From an uncultured Actinomycetota bacterium (GTDB taxonomy: Bacteria > Actinomycetota > Actinomycetes > JAFAQI01): DNA of 64,000 bases. Shown here one piece after another: positions 31,484-40,343 of the stretch. The stretch lies in contig CAVYQE010000001.1 of the NCBI GenBank assembly GCA_963770565.1, positions 960,001-1,024,000 on the forward strand, in the 5' to 3' direction. Position numbers and translations under genes: made by a program. The notes beneath the pieces are model-generated. The model ran no database searches. It was not told the origin of the DNA and was given only the letters and a program-made list of their open reading frames with translations. Numbering within the stretch: position 1 is the stretch's first letter; the number at the start of each line of letters is the position of its first letter.

Positions 31484-32488
31484 GCCCTCGTCGGCGAGCA
31501 GGACAGCGGCACCGTCGACCTGGTCGTGGGCCAGGTCGCGCAGCGCCTGATTGGCCGCCGCCAGCGGATAAGCGGTGGTGGTGACGGCAAGGCCAAGCCG
31601 GGCGGCGAGGGCGAGAAACTCCTCGCCGTCGCGGCGGGTGTTGGCGGTGACGCTCCGCATCGACCGCTCCTCGAACAGGTGCTCGGCGTAGTCGAGCACC
31701 GGGATATCGCTGAGGTGGATGCCGGCGATTGCGAGGGTCCCGCCGCGGTCGAGTGCCGCGAGGCAGGCCGGCACGATCGTGCCAGCAGGCGCGAACAGGA
31801 TCGCGGCGTCGAGCGGCTCCGGCGGCGGGTCTGCGGCGCCCGTCGCTGAGTCGACACCGAGGTCGAGGGCAAGTCGCTGGCCGGCCTCCGACCTGGTCAT
31901 CACGTGCACCCTGGCCCCTTGATGCAGCGCGATTTGCGCGGTGAGGTGCGCCGAGGCGCCGAAGCCGTAGATCCCGAGCCGGCCGGCGGGCGGGAGATCA
32001 GCCAGGCGGAGCGCCCGGTAGCCGATGATGCCGGCGCACAGCAACGGTGCGGCGTGCTCGTCGTCGTACTGGTCCGGGATGGGGTAGGCGTACGCCTCGT
32101 CGACCACGGCGTACGGCGCATAACCGCCGTCGTCGTCCCAGCCGGTGAATCGCGGCGAGACGCAGAGGTTTTCCTGTCCATGGCGGCACCACCGGCAGCG
32201 ACCGCAGGTGTGTCTGAGCCATGCGATCCCCACCCGGTCGCCGACCGCGAAGCGGTCGGCACCGTCGCCGAGGGAGTCGACCGACCCGACGATCTCGTGG
32301 CCGGGCGTCACCTGCTTGCGCTTGGGGGCGAGGTCGCCTTCGGCCAGGTGGAGGTCGGTCCGGCATACGCCGCACGCACTGACCCGGATCCTGAGCTGTC
32401 CCGGGCCGGCCACCGGCTCCGGCCGATCTACCTCGACCAAAGGCGATGAGTCGATCGGCCCGGGGCGGTCGACCACCCACGTCTTCAC
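31460..32488 (-). CDS. Zinc-dependent alcohol dehydrogenase family protein
   Basis: CGVCRTD, GHE, CxxCxxC...C, GIYGFGASA. Confidence 0.92.
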   Translation of the reverse strand: MKTWVVDRPGPIDSSPLVEVDRPEPVAGPGQLRIRVSACGVCRTDLHLAEGDLAPKRKQVTPGHEIVGSVDSLGDGADRFAVGDRVGIAWLRHTCGRCRWCRHGQENLCVSPRFTGWDDDGGYAPYAVVDEAYAYPIPDQYDDEHAAPLLCAGIIGYRALRLADLPPAGRLGIYGFGASAHLTAQIALHQGARVHVMTRSEAGQRLALDLGVDSATGAADPPPEPLDAAILFAPAGTIVPACLAALDRGGTLAIAGIHLSDIPVLDYAEHLFEERSMRSVTANTRRDGEEFLALAARLGLAVTTTAYPLAAANQALRDLAHDQVDGAAVLLADEGSGAGQSA

Positions 32489-32563
32489 CGACGCCGTCCC
32501 ATTTTCCCAACGGTAGGTCCTTCGACCGACCCGGAGCCGATTGGGGGCACTCGACTGGTCAGA

Positions 32564-32581
32564 TAGGGACTTTGGTCCCTA
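32564..32581. promoter_or_regulatory. Near-perfect DosR box
   Basis: TAGGGACTTTGGTCCCTA between the divergent adh and cydA genes. Confidence 0.85.
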
Positions 32582-32615
32582 CGCGGGCGAGGTCCGCTCG
32601 ACACAGGCTGGCGGT

Positions 32616-34010
32616 GTGAACGCACTCGACGTCGCCAGGTGGCAGTTTGCTGTCACAACCGTCTACCACTTCATCTTCGTGCCGCTGACGATCGGGCTGT
32701 CGTTGCTCGTCGCGGGCATGCAGACTGCCTGGGTCCGGACGGACAAGCCGATCTACCTTCGGATGACGAAGTTCTGGGGCAAATTGTTCCTCATCAACTT
32801 CGCGATCGGAGTCGCCACCGGCATCGTGCAGGAGTTCCAGTTCGGGATGAACTGGTCGTCGTACTCGCGGTTCGTTGGCGACATCTTCGGTGCACCGCTG
32901 GCGATGGAAGGGCTGCTCGCGTTCTTCCTCGAGTCGACCTTCCTCGGCCTGTGGATCTTCGGGTGGGACAAGCTCCCCAAACGCGTGCATCTCGCGACGA
33001 TCTGGCTCGCGTCGATCGGCACGATGATCAGTGCGTACTTCATCCTCGCGGCGAACTCCTGGATGCAGCACCCGGTCGGCTACAAGATCGACCACGCGAA
33101 GAACCGCGCGGAGCTCACCAGCATCTGGAAGCTGATGACCAACTCGACCGCGCTCGTGACGTTCCCGCACGTGATCTTCGGCGCCTTCATCACCGCCGGT
33201 GCCTTCATCCTGGGAGTGAGTGCCTGGCACATCTCCCGTAAGCGCGACGTCGAGCTCTATCGCAAGTCGATGCGTATCGCGCTGGTCACCACCTTCGTCG
33301 CGGCGATCGGTGTCATGGTCTCCGGCCACATCCAGGGACAGGTCATGACCCGGCAGCAGCCAATGAAAATGGCCGCGGCCGAGGCGCTCTACCACACCGA
33401 GAAGCCGGCGTCGTTCTCGTTGTTCACGATCGGCAGCCTCAACGGCAAGAAGGAGGTCTACAGCCTGCGGGTGCCGGGCGTGCTCTCGTTCCTCGCGACC
33501 GGAAGCTTCAACGGCAAGGTCGAGGGGATCGACGAGATCCAGAGCGACTACACCCAGATGTACGGCCCGGGCAGCTACACGCCCGACATCCCCGTGACCT
33601 ACTGGACCTTCCGGCTGATGATGGGTTTCGGCTTCCTGGCCGCGTTCCTGTCCATCGCCGGCCTGTGGCTGAGCCGGAAGCGGCGCGCGCCCGCGGGGCG
33701 GTGGTTCGTCCGGGCCGCGCTGTGGGGGATCAGCCTCCCGTACCTCGCCAACACCGCGGGCTGGCTGTTCACCGAGATGGGCCGGCAGCCGTGGACGGTG
33801 TTCGGCCTGATGCAGACCAAGAACGCGGTCTCGCCGACGGTCGGACTCGCGTCGGTGATCACGAGCTTTGCAGTCTTCACCCTGCTGTACGGCGTACTCG
33901 CATTCGTCAACGTGCGCTTGATCCTGCAGACCGTCCGCAAGGGCGCGCCGTCCGAGGAATCGCTCACACCCACCGACGGCGTCGCACCGGCGCTCGCCTT
34001 CTCCTACTAG
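32616..34010 (+). CDS. cydA: Cytochrome bd oxidase subunit I
   Basis: ARWQF...YHFIF, EFQFGMNW, QPMKMAAAE, EMGRQPW. Confidence 0.97.
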   Translation: MNALDVARWQFAVTTVYHFIFVPLTIGLSLLVAGMQTAWVRTDKPIYLRMTKFWGKLFLINFAIGVATGIVQEFQFGMNWSSYSRFVGDIFGAPLAMEGLLAFFLESTFLGLWIFGWDKLPKRVHLATIWLASIGTMISAYFILAANSWMQHPVGYKIDHAKNRAELTSIWKLMTNSTALVTFPHVIFGAFITAGAFILGVSAWHISRKRDVELYRKSMRIALVTTFVAAIGVMVSGHIQGQVMTRQQPMKMAAAEALYHTEKPASFSLFTIGSLNGKKEVYSLRVPGVLSFLATGSFNGKVEGIDEIQSDYTQMYGPGSYTPDIPVTYWTFRLMMGFGFLAAFLSIAGLWLSRKRRAPAGRWFVRAALWGISLPYLANTAGWLFTEMGRQPWTVFGLMQTKNAVSPTVGLASVITSFAVFTLLYGVLAFVNVRLILQTVRKGAPSEESLTPTDGVAPALAFSY

Positions 34011-34025
34011 TCCGGAGCTCGGGTC

Positions 34026-35087
34026 ATGCATCTCACGACAGTGTGGTTCGTTCTCATCGCGGTTCTGTGGACCGGCTACTTCATCCTCGACGGCTTCGAC
34101 TTCGGCGTCGGGATGTTGTTGATGGTGCTGGGCCGCGACAACACCGACCGGCGGCTGTGCATCAATGCCATCGGTCCGGTGTGGGACGGCAACGAAGTGT
34201 GGCTGCTGGTGGCCGGCGGCGCGACCTTCGCGGCCTTTCCGGAGTGGTACGCCTCGATGTTCTCGGGCTTCTACCTCGCCTTGCTGCTCATCCTCGTCGG
34301 GTTGATCGTGCGCGCGGTTGCCTTCGAATATCGCGGCAAGGTCGACTCCGACCAGTGGCGTGCCCGCTGGGACGTGGCGATCGGAGTCAGCAGTTTCCTG
34401 CCGTCGTTCCTGTGGGGGGTGGCCTTCACCAACGTTGTCCGTGGCGTGCCGCTCAATGCCGCGCACCACTTCACCGGCAACCTGTTGACCCTGCTCAATC
34501 CACTTTCGCTGCTCGGAGGGGTAGTCACGACGGTGGCATTTGCGTTGCACGGCGCGGTCTTCCTCGCGCTGAAGACCGACGGTGACCTGCGACACCGGGC
34601 TCGGCGGCTCGCCTCGCAGCTGGCAATGGTCGCGGTTGCGGGCGGAGGCCTCTACCTCGTGATCGTCCAGGCCGAGCATGGTCGCCCGGCCGCGGATGTC
34701 CTCGCTGCCGGTGCTGCGCTCGCCCTCGTGGGGGCGGTGTTCGCGACTCTGAGCGGGCGCGAAGGGTGGGCCTTCATCGCGACCGCTGCTGCGCTCGCCT
34801 TCGTGGTCAGCACGTTGTTCGCCGACCTCTGGCCGAACGTGATGCCGTCAAGCACCAGTGCGGCCGACAGCCTGAACGTGCACAACGCGTCGAGCTCGCC
34901 GTACACGCTGGGTGTCATGACGTGGGTGGCCGGCTTTGCGACTCCGGTCGTTCTGGTCTACCAGGGCTTCACCTACTGGGTGTTCCGCAAGCGGCTGACC
35001 CGCTCCGACATCCCCGGCGACGTTCGCACCGACGGCGCACCCACCGGCGGCGCACCCAGCGGCATCGCGGTGACGAGCGGGTCGTGA
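34026..35087 (+). CDS. cydB: Cytochrome bd oxidase subunit II
   Basis: LDGFDFGVG, PVWDGNEVWL, AFPEWYA. Confidence 0.97.
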   Translation: MHLTTVWFVLIAVLWTGYFILDGFDFGVGMLLMVLGRDNTDRRLCINAIGPVWDGNEVWLLVAGGATFAAFPEWYASMFSGFYLALLLILVGLIVRAVAFEYRGKVDSDQWRARWDVAIGVSSFLPSFLWGVAFTNVVRGVPLNAAHHFTGNLLTLLNPLSLLGGVVTTVAFALHGAVFLALKTDGDLRHRARRLASQLAMVAVAGGGLYLVIVQAEHGRPAADVLAAGAALALVGAVFATLSGREGWAFIATAAALAFVVSTLFADLWPNVMPSSTSAADSLNVHNASSSPYTLGVMTWVAGFATPVVLVYQGFTYWVFRKRLTRSDIPGDVRTDGAPTGGAPSGIAVTSGS

Positions 35088-36811
35088 AGCCGCTCGACCC
35101 GCGCCTGCTCCGACGGGCGGCGCCGGCTCGCCGCTACCTCGGCGTGGTGGTGACCGCGGGCGGACTGACCGCAGGGTTGATCGTGGCGCAGGCGACCCTG
35201 CTCGCCTACGCGATCGTGCACGCCGGGCGCGGCCTCAGCGCCCTGCGTGACCCGTTGCTGCTGTTGCTCGCCGTCCTCGTGGCCCGCGGCCTGCTCAGCT
35301 ATGCCGGCGAGGTAAGCGCGCTGCGCGCCGCTGCGGCCGTGCGCTCGTCGCTGCGTCGCGACGTCGCAGCCCAGCTCGTCCGGCTCGGGCCGGCCTGGAC
35401 CAACGGTGAGCGGTCCGGGTCGATCGCCACCTTGATGACGAAGGGTCTCGACTCGATCGACGGCTATTTCGCGCGCTACCTGCCGCAGCTCGTCCTGGCC
35501 GCCTTGGTCCCGGTCGTGGTGGTGGCGCGGGTCGCCGGCTCGGACCTGATCTCCGCGGTGACGATCGGTGCGACCGTCCCGCTCATCCCGGTCTTCATGA
35601 TCCTGGTCGGGATGCACACCAAGGCGCGCACCGATCGTCAGTGGCGCGAGCTGTCGAGGCTGGGCGGGCACTTCCTCGATGTGGTCGAAGGTCTCCCGAC
35701 GCTGAAGGTGTTCGGTCGGGCCAAGGCGCAGGTGGCACTGATCCGGGGAGTGAGCGAGGACTACCGCCGTACCACGATGGGCACCTTGCGGGTGGCCTTC
35801 ATGTCCGCGCTCGTGCTGGAGCTGCTCGCAACGCTGGCAACCGCGGTGGTGGCGGTCGAAGTGGGGCTGCGGCTGCTGGCCGGCGACCTGTCCTACCAGA
35901 CCGCATTGTTGGTGTTGCTCCTCACGCCGGAGGCGTACCTCCCGCTTCGGGCGGTCGGCGCCAGCTTTCACGCCAGCGCCGATGGCGTGGCCGCGGTCAA
36001 CGACGCACTGGCAGTGCTCGACACCGAGCCGGCGACCGGCCTGACCGGAACCGAGCCGTGTGACCTGCGCCGTGACGTGATCCGTCTGGTCGGAGTCAGC
36101 GTGCGTTATCCCGGCCGCGGATCGAATGCCCTGGATCACCTCGACCTCGAGATCGCGCCGGGCGAGCGGGTCGCGGTCCTCGGCGAGTCCGGGGCGGGGA
36201 AGTCCACGCTGCTCTCGGTGTTGTTGGGTTTCGTCCCGCTCGCGGGCGGGACCGTGCGGGTCGGCACTCGACCATGGGCGGATCTCGATCTCGAGCAACT
36301 GCGGGCTCAGATCGCCTGGGTGCCGCAGTCGCCGTACGTGTTCGGCGGGTCGGTCAGCGACAACATCCGGCTCGGCGCTCCTACCGCGTCCGACGAGCGG
36401 GTCGCGGCGGCCGCCACCGCAGCCGGGTTTGCGAGCGTGGTTGCCGAGCTGCCCGACGGCTACGCGACCGTCCTCGGCGACCGGGGGATGACGCTCTCGA
36501 CCGGTCAACGGCAGCGGCTGGCCCTGGCCCGCGCGTTCCTTCGGGATGCCCCGCTCGTGGTGCTCGATGAGCCGGCCGCGCACCTCGACGCATCAACCGC
36601 CGCCGAGATCCGCGCGGCGGTGGCGCGGCTTGCAACCGGTCGCACAGTGATCCTGGTGACCCACGACGAGCGGTGGCTGGACCTGGTCGACCGAACCGTC
36701 GTGCTGCGCGCCGGTCGCGTCGAGCCCGCTCTGCACGATGCGCCGGCTCTGCACGATGCGCCGGCAGAGCCGGCTCTGCCCGATGCGCCGGCAGAGCCGG
36801 CGGTGGCGTGA
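35084..36811 (+). CDS. cydD: ABC exporter subunit CydD
   Basis: MKPLDPRLL, YFARYLPQ, GESGAGKST, LSTGQ, LDEP. Confidence 0.93.
   Translation: MKPLDPRLLRRAAPARRYLGVVVTAGGLTAGLIVAQATLLAYAIVHAGRGLSALRDPLLLLLAVLVARGLLSYAGEVSALRAAAAVRSSLRRDVAAQLVRLGPAWTNGERSGSIATLMTKGLDSIDGYFARYLPQLVLAALVPVVVVARVAGSDLISAVTIGATVPLIPVFMILVGMHTKARTDRQWRELSRLGGHFLDVVEGLPTLKVFGRAKAQVALIRGVSEDYRRTTMGTLRVAFMSALVLELLATLATAVVAVEVGLRLLAGDLSYQTALLVLLLTPEAYLPLRAVGASFHASADGVAAVNDALAVLDTEPATGLTGTEPCDLRRDVIRLVGVSVRYPGRGSNALDHLDLEIAPGERVAVLGESGAGKSTLLSVLLGFVPLAGGTVRVGTRPWADLDLEQLRAQIAWVPQSPYVFGGSVSDNIRLGAPTASDERVAAAATAAGFASVVAELPDGYATVLGDRGMTLSTGQRQRLALARAFLRDAPLVVLDEPAAHLDASTAAEIRAAVARLATGRTVILVTHDERWLDLVDRTVVLRAGRVEPALHDAPALHDAPAEPALPDAPAEPAVA
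36726..36801 (+). repeat. In-frame 18/27-bp tandem repeat in the cydD 3' end
   Basis: GCTCTGC(A/C)CGATGCGCCG x3 with GCAGAGCCG spacers, encoding PALHDA-like units. Confidence 0.75.
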
Positions 36812-38499
36812 TGGCGACCGAGCTCGTTCCGGCGACCCGCTGGCCACTGGTTCGGCTGCTCGCCCTCGGCCGCCCGGTGCGCGCCACGCTGGCACTCGCG
36901 GTGCTGGCCGGCGCCGTCACGGTGGGCGCCGCGATTGCCTTGATGGCCGCGTCCGGCTTCCTGCTGTCTCGGGCGTCCCAGCATCCGAACATCGTCGCGC
37001 TGTCGGTGGCGATCGTGGCGGTCCGCGGGCTCGGCATCACCCGTGGGATCAGCCGGTACGTCGAGCGGCTGGCCGGGCACGATGCGGCGCTGCGCGTCCT
37101 GTCCGACCTCCGCGCCTCGGTCTATGCACGGCTCGAGCAGTTGGCGCCGAGCGGGCTGTCCCGGCTTCGTGGTGGCGACCTGGTGGCCCGCTTCGTCGCC
37201 GACATCGACGCGGTCCAGGACCTGTTCATCCGCGGCATTGCGCCGCCCCTCGTCGCGGCCCTCGTCGGTGGGTTGACGGTCGCGTTCGCGGTGGCGATCG
37301 CGGCACCCGGCGGGGCCATGCTGGCGGTCGGGTTGCTCATCGCCGGGTTGGGGCTGCCGGCCCTCGCGTTCGCCCTCGGGCGGCGGCCGGCGACTGCCGC
37401 GAGCGAGGTCCGCGGCGAGGTCGCAGCCGCGACCGTCGACCTGGTGGCCGGTTCGGCCGAGTTGATCGCGTACGGCGCAGCGGATGCCGCGGTGCAGCGA
37501 CTTGCCGAGCGGGACCACGAGTTGCTGCGGCTGTCCCGCCGCTCGGCGGCGGCGAACGCGCTCGGGGCCGGCGGAGCGACCTTGGTCAGCGGGCTGACCG
37601 TCTTTGCGGTGCTGCTGTCCGGCGTGGCCGCGGTGCACGGGGGAAGCCTCGGTGCAGTGCCACTCGCCGTACTCGTGCTGACGGCCATCGCGGCGTTCGA
37701 GCTGACCGCCCCGCTGCCGGCCGCGGTGCTGGCGGTCGCGTCGGTCCGCGGTTCGGCCCGGCGGGTCTTCGAGGTCATGGACAGCCCGGTCGCAGTGCGG
37801 GACCCGGCGCAGCCGGTTCCGGCCCCGACCGGGCCGGTGACGGTGTGGCTTCGCGGGGTCAGTGCGCGGTATGCGGGGTCGGAGCGCGACGCGATCGCCG
37901 GGATCGACCTCGACCTCGCGCCGGGCCGCCGGATCGGGGTGGTCGGCCGTTCCGGTGCGGGCAAGAGCACCCTCGCGGCCATCCTGATGCGGTTCGTCGA
38001 CATCAGCAGTGGATCGTTCCTCGTGAACGGAGTGCCCGCCGAGCGGCTCGATGGTGACGACGTACGGCGACTGATCGGCGGATGTGCAGCCGATCCGCAC
38101 ATCTTCGACTCGTCGTTGCGGGAGAACCTTCGACTGGCCCGGCCGTCAGCGAGTGACGACGAGCTGCATCGCGTGCTCGCCACAGTGCGCCTCGAGGACT
38201 GGGTGCGCGAGCTGCCCGCCGGTCTCGATACCGAGGTCGGCGCCCGCGGCGTCGCGATCTCCGGCGGTCAGCGGCAGCGGCTCGCGCTTGCCCGCGCGGT
38301 CCTCGCCGATCCGGCCGTCCTGATTCTCGACGAGCCAACGGCGCACCTCGATCCGGAAACGGCCGACGAGGTGATGCGCGACGTGCTCGCGGTCACCCGC
38401 GGACGGTCGACGGTCCTGATCACCCACGACGATCGTGGGCTCGAGGAGATGGACGAGATCATCGAGCTCGGCAACGGCCGGGTGGTCGACCGCCGCTAG
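36811..38499 (+). CDS. cydC: ABC exporter subunit CydC
   Basis: RYVERLAGHD, GDLVAR, GRSGAGKST, SGGQ, LDEPT. Confidence 0.93.
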   Translation: MATELVPATRWPLVRLLALGRPVRATLALAVLAGAVTVGAAIALMAASGFLLSRASQHPNIVALSVAIVAVRGLGITRGISRYVERLAGHDAALRVLSDLRASVYARLEQLAPSGLSRLRGGDLVARFVADIDAVQDLFIRGIAPPLVAALVGGLTVAFAVAIAAPGGAMLAVGLLIAGLGLPALAFALGRRPATAASEVRGEVAAATVDLVAGSAELIAYGAADAAVQRLAERDHELLRLSRRSAAANALGAGGATLVSGLTVFAVLLSGVAAVHGGSLGAVPLAVLVLTAIAAFELTAPLPAAVLAVASVRGSARRVFEVMDSPVAVRDPAQPVPAPTGPVTVWLRGVSARYAGSERDAIAGIDLDLAPGRRIGVVGRSGAGKSTLAAILMRFVDISSGSFLVNGVPAERLDGDDVRRLIGGCAADPHIFDSSLRENLRLARPSASDDELHRVLATVRLEDWVRELPAGLDTEVGARGVAISGGQRQRLALARAVLADPAVLILDEPTAHLDPETADEVMRDVLAVTRGRSTVLITHDDRGLEEMDEIIELGNGRVVDRR

Positions 38500-38597
38500 C
38501 CGGTCGTGGATGCCGACGATCGCGGGACTTTGCGACTAGATTGCGACTGCCCGGTGTCACCATCGCTGCCATCACTCGCCTCACGTCAGGGGTTCCT

Positions 38598-40157
38598 GTG
38601 CGCACGCTCGCCCGTTCCGCGTCCCTTCTGACCGGCCGCCGCACCGTCGCAGTGGCGGCCGCCGTTGCGCTGGTGACCGTCGGTGCATCGTCGGCTGCTC
38701 TCGGCACGACCCGAGCACCGGCGGTCTCGCATCCAGCCGGCAAGGCGTCGCGAGCCAGCGTGAAGGCCGGCCGGATCGGGGCCCCCATCACGCTGGCGCA
38801 CAACGTCAGCTTTGAAGGCGACACCCTGGACTCCCGGATGGCAACGGACAAGTCGGGCACGACGTACATCTCCTGGATCTCCAGCAAGGACAACGACAAC
38901 GGCGGCCTGCGTGTTGTCCATCTCTGTGTGATCCCGAACAATGCCCGTGCCTGTGCGGGCGGGGTGAAGACGCTCGACCCCACCGACAGCTCGACCAGCG
39001 GAAGCCTGCAGATGGTCGTGACACCGAGCGGTCAGGTCACGATCCTGTGGATCGGGAACGACGGCGGCGGCGGCAGCACGATCTACGACACGACCGCCAC
39101 GAAGACCGGCCCGCTGAGCGCCGAGGGCACGCTCCCGTCGCGCACCCCGAGCAATTCCACGATCCTCGACGCGGAGTCCGGACCGGGTGGCAGCATCTGG
39201 CTGCTCGTGAACCCTGACTCCGAGACCTCGATCCAGCTCAGGAGAGGCCTCACGGCTACGCCGGTCACGATCACGACTCCGCACTCGTACCCGTCCGGAG
39301 TCGGCGGAGCGTCGCTGGCGTTCTCCGGCAACACGGCGATCATTGCCATCGAGGCCAACGCGTCGATTCTCTCACCGCCCATTGCCTACGCCGTGGCGAC
39401 CGGGTCGTCCGTCTCCGGGTTCAAGAACATCGCCAACGCCGCGTCTAACGGGACGACTCCGCGTCTTGTCCATACCGGGGCAGGAATCCGGTTGCTCGCC
39501 GGAGACGCCAAGGACTTCTATCAGACGGCGATCTCGAAGTGGACCGGCCACGGCTTCACCCGGGCCACCGCGATCGGGGGATCGATCGACCTTGGATCGC
39601 TCGACGCGTCGACCGATCCAAGCGGTCGACTGCTCGCCGCGGGGGACGACGGTGCGCACGACGGAAAGGTCACCGTCATCAATTTCGCCGACACCGTGCA
39701 TCCGGCCGCCTTCAGCTTCGGGATCGGCGGCGCGACCAACGCAGGCGGAGGCCCGACCGTGACGACCTCCGCGCGGGGGCGCGGCTGGGTGGCCTGGTCG
39801 TACCAAGGCGGCAACAGCACGAACGGTGACACGCTGCTCGCCGCCCCGATCGTGGTTGCAGGGCTGCACGCCAGGAAGACCGCCCACGGCCACCACGGCA
39901 ACGTCACCGTCGTCGGGCCGGCGAGCTGCCTGCCGCCCGTGTCGATCTCGGTCTCCGTCACCGGCCACGCCGACCAGGGCTGGAAGGTCGCCAAGCGCCA
40001 ACTCACCCTCAACGGCAAGAAGGTCGGCGCGACCCTCAACGGCGCATCACTGACCGCCGGCAAGACCTACACGCTGACCGGCACCGTGACCTTCGCCAAG
40101 GGCCACACCCACTCGAAGACCAAGGCCACCCTCAAGTTCCGCTCCTGCCCCAACTAG
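38598..40157 (+). CDS. Secreted beta-rich hypothetical protein
   Basis: Signal-like N-terminus; G/S/T-rich; Lys/His-rich C-terminal domain. Confidence 0.7.
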   Translation: MRTLARSASLLTGRRTVAVAAAVALVTVGASSAALGTTRAPAVSHPAGKASRASVKAGRIGAPITLAHNVSFEGDTLDSRMATDKSGTTYISWISSKDNDNGGLRVVHLCVIPNNARACAGGVKTLDPTDSSTSGSLQMVVTPSGQVTILWIGNDGGGGSTIYDTTATKTGPLSAEGTLPSRTPSNSTILDAESGPGGSIWLLVNPDSETSIQLRRGLTATPVTITTPHSYPSGVGGASLAFSGNTAIIAIEANASILSPPIAYAVATGSSVSGFKNIANAASNGTTPRLVHTGAGIRLLAGDAKDFYQTAISKWTGHGFTRATAIGGSIDLGSLDASTDPSGRLLAAGDDGAHDGKVTVINFADTVHPAAFSFGIGGATNAGGGPTVTTSARGRGWVAWSYQGGNSTNGDTLLAAPIVVAGLHARKTAHGHHGNVTVVGPASCLPPVSISVSVTGHADQGWKVAKRQLTLNGKKVGATLNGASLTAGKTYTLTGTVTFAKGHTHSKTKATLKFRSCPN

Positions 40158-40308
40158 CGGCTACCAGCAAGACGTCTACGGCCGTTCGAAACCATCCAGA
40201 TCGGTGTCTAGACAGTCACCGAAGTTCTGCGGGATGATTTCGTCCGGATCGGGCCGGGACGCGAGGCTCCGTGTCACCGATGTCCGAGAATGACATGTGG
40301 ATGCGGTC

Positions 40309-40343
40309 TTGACGCGTTCTCGGGTCGAACGTATGTTCGAGTG
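40309..40343 (+). promoter_or_regulatory. SigA-type promoter with LexA (SOS) box
   Basis: TTGACG-N17-TATGTT; TCGAAC-GTAT-GTTCGA at 40325-40340; ATG at 40344 (leaderless). Confidence 0.85.

Noticed and set aside
32559-34679. 706-aa antisense ORF
   Set aside because: Antisense shadow of cydAB with no motifs.
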